Origin: the human T2T-CHM13v2.0 reference genome, Homo sapiens
Reading direction: 5' to 3' (one strand)
Length of the DNA: 64,000 nucleotides
NCBI RefSeq assembly: GCF_009914755.1
Contig: NC_060937.1
Positions 57,856 to 64,000 of this stretch are shown here, piece by piece; within the stretch, counting starts at the first letter, position 1; every line of letters begins with the position of its first letter. Both the position numbers and the translations under genes were made by a program. The notes below the pieces were generated by a model. The model worked only from the letters and a program-made list of their open reading frames with translations. It was not told the origin of the DNA and searched no databases.

Positions 57856-59621
57856 CCCAGAATGCCCTTCTTAGCAACCCCAGCTCTTCCTTCTCTTCCT
57901 AGCCAGCTATGCTCCTGTTACACGACCTGACCACCCCCCACTCTTCATGGCCTTTCTGCACCTTCCTGGGTGACCCAGCACAGGGAAACTCTGGGAGAGA
58001 GTGGATATGGAGGAAGAAACTCTGAACAGCAGAGGGAAGTCAGATGAAGAAGGACCAGCACCAGTCATCAGTACTTTGCCTCTCAGCTGCACACCCACGC
58101 TTCTTTGCCCTGCTTTGTGACAGTAGGAGTCTGGTGGGATGAAGGGGCTTCCCTTCCTCTCTTCCTGGGCTCTTCCAGTGCAGACTGCCAGCAGGATATG
58201 AGTGCACTGGCAGCCCAGCTCAAGGATTCCAGCTTCCAGTCCCAGCTTGAGAGTCCCAGCTTACCCACCTCAGCCCAGCCTCTGTGGTCCAGCTCTGGCC
58301 CAGGGCAGCCTAGAGAACAGGAAGTCATCCTCCATCCACTGGACCACAGCCTCGGCCCTGGGCTGTGACCCCTCCAAGTCCCATCTTTCCTTGGTATTCT
58401 CTCTCAGCCTTAGGGTGTTCTTTAGTGTTCTGTTTAGAACACTAAAGTTAGAAGTTAATCCCTTATTACCAGTTAATAATTTTTCATATTAAATTTGCCC
58501 TGTTCCAATTAATGGTGTGGTTTCTGTCTCCTGGCATGACCTCCACCAATACAGGAAACAGGTGTACTCACCAAACTCACTGGCTAAAAATAATCCTGGC
58601 CACACCCTAATAATTAATGAGACTTCAAGATTATCCTGAATGTTCATTCTAAACCTTTAAGAATCAATAACTGATGTGGAAATGAGGTCAGATGAAATAC
58701 AGTACTCATTCGATTCCAGAAAAAATTACGTAAAACATATCACCAAGCCTGTGGTACTTCATGAGAAGTGTTTACTTTTATCTCAGAAAAACAATACGAC
58801 AATAGCAAAGCTTCGGTGTCATAAGACAAATCTGGATCTACCACTTACTAAACATATAAACCTGGTCATTCAGCTCCCTAATCCATGAAATGGGAACAAC
58901 ACACCAACCTCAAAGGACCAAAAGCTGTGGCCCACTTTGCTGGGCTTGTTCTGCACCAGGCCCTGCTCCAAGTGCTGACATGGGCTCGTTTAACTTTCAC
59001 TCACTCACAAGATGATTGTGGCCACGGTTATTATCTTCATTTCACAGAGGGTGAAACGGAAGCACAGAGAAGTCATCTGTGCAGTCTATCCAGGTACTCA
59101 GTGGGGGAAGGAAAAGGTGACCCCGGCAGAGCCTCGAAAGCCAGGTTTTCAACGTTAGGGAAAGTGATTCAACCAGTTCTAAAGGTCTTTGCACAGAGTT
59201 ATCAAAAAAATTGGTTCTATTCATTTACCAGCCAACCACAGGAAGAAAGCCACATCACCAAATAGGTCAAGGGTTAGATAATACTGTATGTCATCTATTC
59301 TAATTTGCACATTTTTTCTCAATGTTTCTGAAATTGGAAGATGTCTTACAATCAGTAGCATCTTAGATAAGATACAATATAGCACAATCATAGACAATTC
59401 ATTAAATATGTTCCCAGACGTTTAAAAATAAATGTGCTAACAAAACCACAATAGACTTCTCTGGGCAAATTTTTGATCAAAGGTACAAACCTAAGTAACA
59501 GGAGTGGTTATTTCCCTTTAAGCAATAACCAAAAGGGCAGGTCCCACCCCAAGAAGAATTAAAACAGGAGCTTGACTAATTCCTTTCTGGAGCCGTGGAC
59601 CCTTTGAAATCTTAACATCTA

Positions 59622-59932
59622 GACCAGCATCCAACAGAAATATACTGTGAGCCATACATGCAATTCTAAATTTTCTAGTGGCCGCATTAAAAAAGTAAAA
59701 AGAAAATGCTAACCTTAATTTTAATAACATTTTATTTAACTCATAAACTCAAATATTACATTTCAACATGTAATCACTATTAAAAACTATTGAGATATTT
59801 TATACGCTTTTTAAAAATAGTAAGTCTTCAAAACTCAGTGGGAATTTTACACCTGACAACACATCTCAGCTTTGACCAGTCACATTTCAAGTGCTCAAAA
59901 GCCATGTGGACACCAAATAGTGCCGTTCTGGA
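59622..59932. mobile_element. MER33-like hAT MITE
   Basis: ccagcatccaacagaaatata...aaattttctagtggccgcattaaaaaagtaaaa...cacatttcaagtgctcaa. Confidence 0.75.
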
Positions 59933-60099
59933 CCCAGATTTCTGCAGCAGCCTTATGCCTTGTGCAAATCTGGTGCCAAAGCAGTCAGCTACATCCATCT
60001 GACCAGCAGTTACAACAAAGCAGAGTAGAATCTCTCAAAAGCTACATATTAAAAATTTCATTCAATTGTGCCCTTTTAAAAAACATTTTAAAATACAGA

Positions 60100-61055
<956 letters not shown>

Positions 61056-61654
61056 AATACCGACACTGTAACAAAATCAAACACAGGAAAATTATCTGAA
61101 GTAGAAAGTGAGGGTCTGTCTGCTTTCCTCCTGCCGATTCAACCTTCGCTGTTAAACACTTAGATCTTTTTTTCCAGTTTATACAAACACATATACAAAT
61201 GATTTGGAATTTTTTTCTTTAAACAAAAATGGTTTCTATTTTATATCTTGTTCAGCAATTTGCCCCTCACCCTTAATATCTCAAAAACACCTTTAGCAGC
61301 TGCATGCACCCCCATGGATGGATGTGCCAATACTTAACCATTTCTTTATCTGCAGGCCTTTAGGTTGTTTCCTGTTTTTTGTTATGACCAACAATACTGT
61401 GATTTAATCCTTGCACCACATTACATATATATGTATATGTGTGTGTGTATATACATAGATATAAATGCTGCCTCCATATATAGAAAGAGTCAAAATTTTT
61501 GAACCACAGATTACTACAGCATAGAAAGCGATAGTTTATTTTTCAATTACTAATTGCCAAATTATTCTCTTAAAGTTGGTACCAATTTACACTTGCAGGA
61601 CAATGTAGAATATCCACTTCACCACAGCCTCAACACTGGGTGTTGGCTCTTTAA

Positions 61655-61999
<345 letters not shown>

Positions 62000-63074
62000 G
62001 CAGCTGCTGTTTTCTAAGAGTTAAATAATTTGCTAATTTATTGAAAAGTGACATACATACAGAAGAATGTATATAGTAAGTGCACAGCTGGGTGGGTTTT
62101 CACACAAAGGGCTCGTGTAGGCAGCAGGGAACCCTTCCCAGCGGCGCCCTCCCCTGGGCCTCACGGTGGGGATCCTCCCTCCCCACCACAACTAGGGTAG
62201 CCGCTGTCTCCACTTCCACAGCCAGCTGTAGTTTTATTTTTTATTTCTCTAAATGCTACTGAGGTTTATCATCTTTTCACATGCACACTGACTCTCTGGT
62301 TTTCCTCTTCCTGAATTGCTGGTTCCTATATTTTGCCCATTTTTCTACTGGGGCATTTGTCTTTTTCTTACTGAGTTATATTTTTTAATATGATGCAGAC
62401 ACTGCAAACATTTTTCTTGGTCTGCTGCTTATCTTCTGATTTTGTAAATAGCACCTCCTGCCCCACAGAGGTTCAATGTTTACAAAACCAGCATTTGCTC
62501 ATGGTTTTTATATCTCACTTTGTGAGGCTCTCCTACTTCCATGTTTTGGGACCTATGCTATCTTCTAGAACATTTTAGTATTTCTTAGATGTTTTCTTAT
62601 TTAATCCATCTGTGTTTACTTTTTTCATGTCTACTTTTATATGTAGTATGAAGTAAAATTTATTAATCTTTATTAAAAAGACCTGGCAGCTCTGGATACC
62701 AATCTTTCTTTAGGCAGGAGGCTCCAGAGCTGGGGTGAAGGCTGGCACCACAAAGCAGGCAGCCACGGTCTCACCTCCAGCAGCTCAGAACCAAGTGGAG
62801 AAACGGCCAGATACACAAAGCCACAACACAGCATGACTCACCCCATCTCAGGATCATGGAAACAACTTGGGGGTGGGAGAAAACCTGATTGATTCTGGTG
62901 GGAGTGGGGCAGGAATCATTCACCAAGGCCTCCCAGAAAGAAACACTCTTGAGACTGGGTGTCTAAGGTGAACAGAATGTCTCCTGAGAGAGGAAAGCAG
63001 TACCCAGAACTGCAGAGGTGCCAAGCCATCTTCCCAAGCACAGGAGTGCTTTTGGGCCTCCAGGGGCTCAGCAT

Positions 63075-63460
63075 TGTGGGAGGAGAGGGTGGGAGGAGGA
63101 CAACCTTGTGGGAGGGATGGGGTGGGAGGAGGAGGTGGGAGGGCAGCCTGGGGGAGGAGGAGGCGGGAGGACAGCCTGGTGGGAGGAGGGGTCAGGAGGA
63201 CAGTCTGGAGAGAAGAGAGGGTGGGAGGACGGCCTGGTGGGAGGGATGGGGTGGGAGGACAGCCTGGTGGGAGGGATGGGGTGGGAGGACGGCCTGGTGA
63301 GAGGATGGGGTGGGAGGATGGCCTGGTGGGAGGGATGGAGTGGGAGGAGGGCCTTGTGGAAGGGATAAGGTGGCAGGACGACCTAGTGGGAGGAGGGGGC
63401 AGGAGGAGGGCCTGGTGGGAGAAGGAGGCAGGAGGATGGCCTGGTGGGAGGCCCTGGGGG
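63075..63460. repeat. G-rich degenerate ~30-bp minisatellite (GTGGGAGGACRGCCTGGTGGGAGGGATGGG)
   Basis: Near-exact copies at 63221, 63251 and 63281, with degenerate copies on either side. Confidence 0.9.
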
Positions 63461-64000
63461 CGCCCAGGGGATGGCAGTACAGATGGCTGTTAGGACACCA
63501 TTTCAACACTCATACAATAAAAGCAATAACCAAATCTGTTGCCTGAAAACAGAAACAAAATAAACTATGACAGGTTTGAGCGTTACCCTAAAGGAAGCTC
63601 TGGAATCCAGCCAGGCCTCTTAGGAAGAGAACGGTATTTTAATTGACTTGCCAGTGTGAATATTTTCTTGGCAGCCCCCATTATCTAGGATGCCATTACA
63701 TACCAACACAAGCCATTTAGCAGCCTGCGTTTAAAATAATAACTAAGTAGTTGTTTCACTCTTGGCCATATTTCCAAGGAGAGATCACAAGTTTCATCCA
63801 TTTGACTTTGTTTAGGCCTGTGGCTACTGCCTAAATGTAAAGCTCTCATCGGAAGGGCAGTTTACCTGGAGCCTTAAGTTTGGCACTTCAGCTTCGGGGG
63901 AGGGGCTGCTGAGTTTGTTGTCTCCTAAAGCAGCAGGCATACGATGCAGGTTTTCCAATACCTGCAGGAACGGTACCATCCCACTGCCTTAATGATTAGC

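Noticed and set aside
62959-63546. Gly/Trp-rich repetitive ORFs
   Set aside because: Translations of the G-rich minisatellite.

Overview
Human genomic DNA, recognisably chr13q12.11. The window holds the 3' half of CRYL1 (lambda-crystallin / L-gulonate 3-dehydrogenase) on the minus strand. Five coding exons (canonical exons 4-8) can be spliced by hand with correct GT-AG borders and phases into residues 93-319, followed by a 3'UTR with an AATAAA signal; everything above ~40.9 kb is intron 3. The intronic MIR4499 hairpin is present. The rest is repeat-rich intron: ~20 Alus, several L1s (one twin-primed, one multiply nested stack), a CCAAT-rich ERV9-like solo LTR, DNA transposon relics, two intragenic CpG-rich islands, an L1-derived 32-bp VNTR and a G-rich minisatellite. 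From recalled literature (coordinates need verification), this interval is the DFNB1 distal cis-regulatory region for GJB2/GJB6, and the del(GJB6-D13S1854) distal breakpoint falls in the AluY near 61.7-62.0 kb. The least-explained signals are four: a perfect 30-bp hairpin; a 45-bp inverted repeat enclosing a copy of nearby sequence; other template-switch-like scars; and an exon 6/7 junction that regenerates a consensus 5' splice site. Apart from the CRYL1 exons and L1 ORF2 remnants, the ORF track is noise. I found no evidence of a novel protein-coding system.
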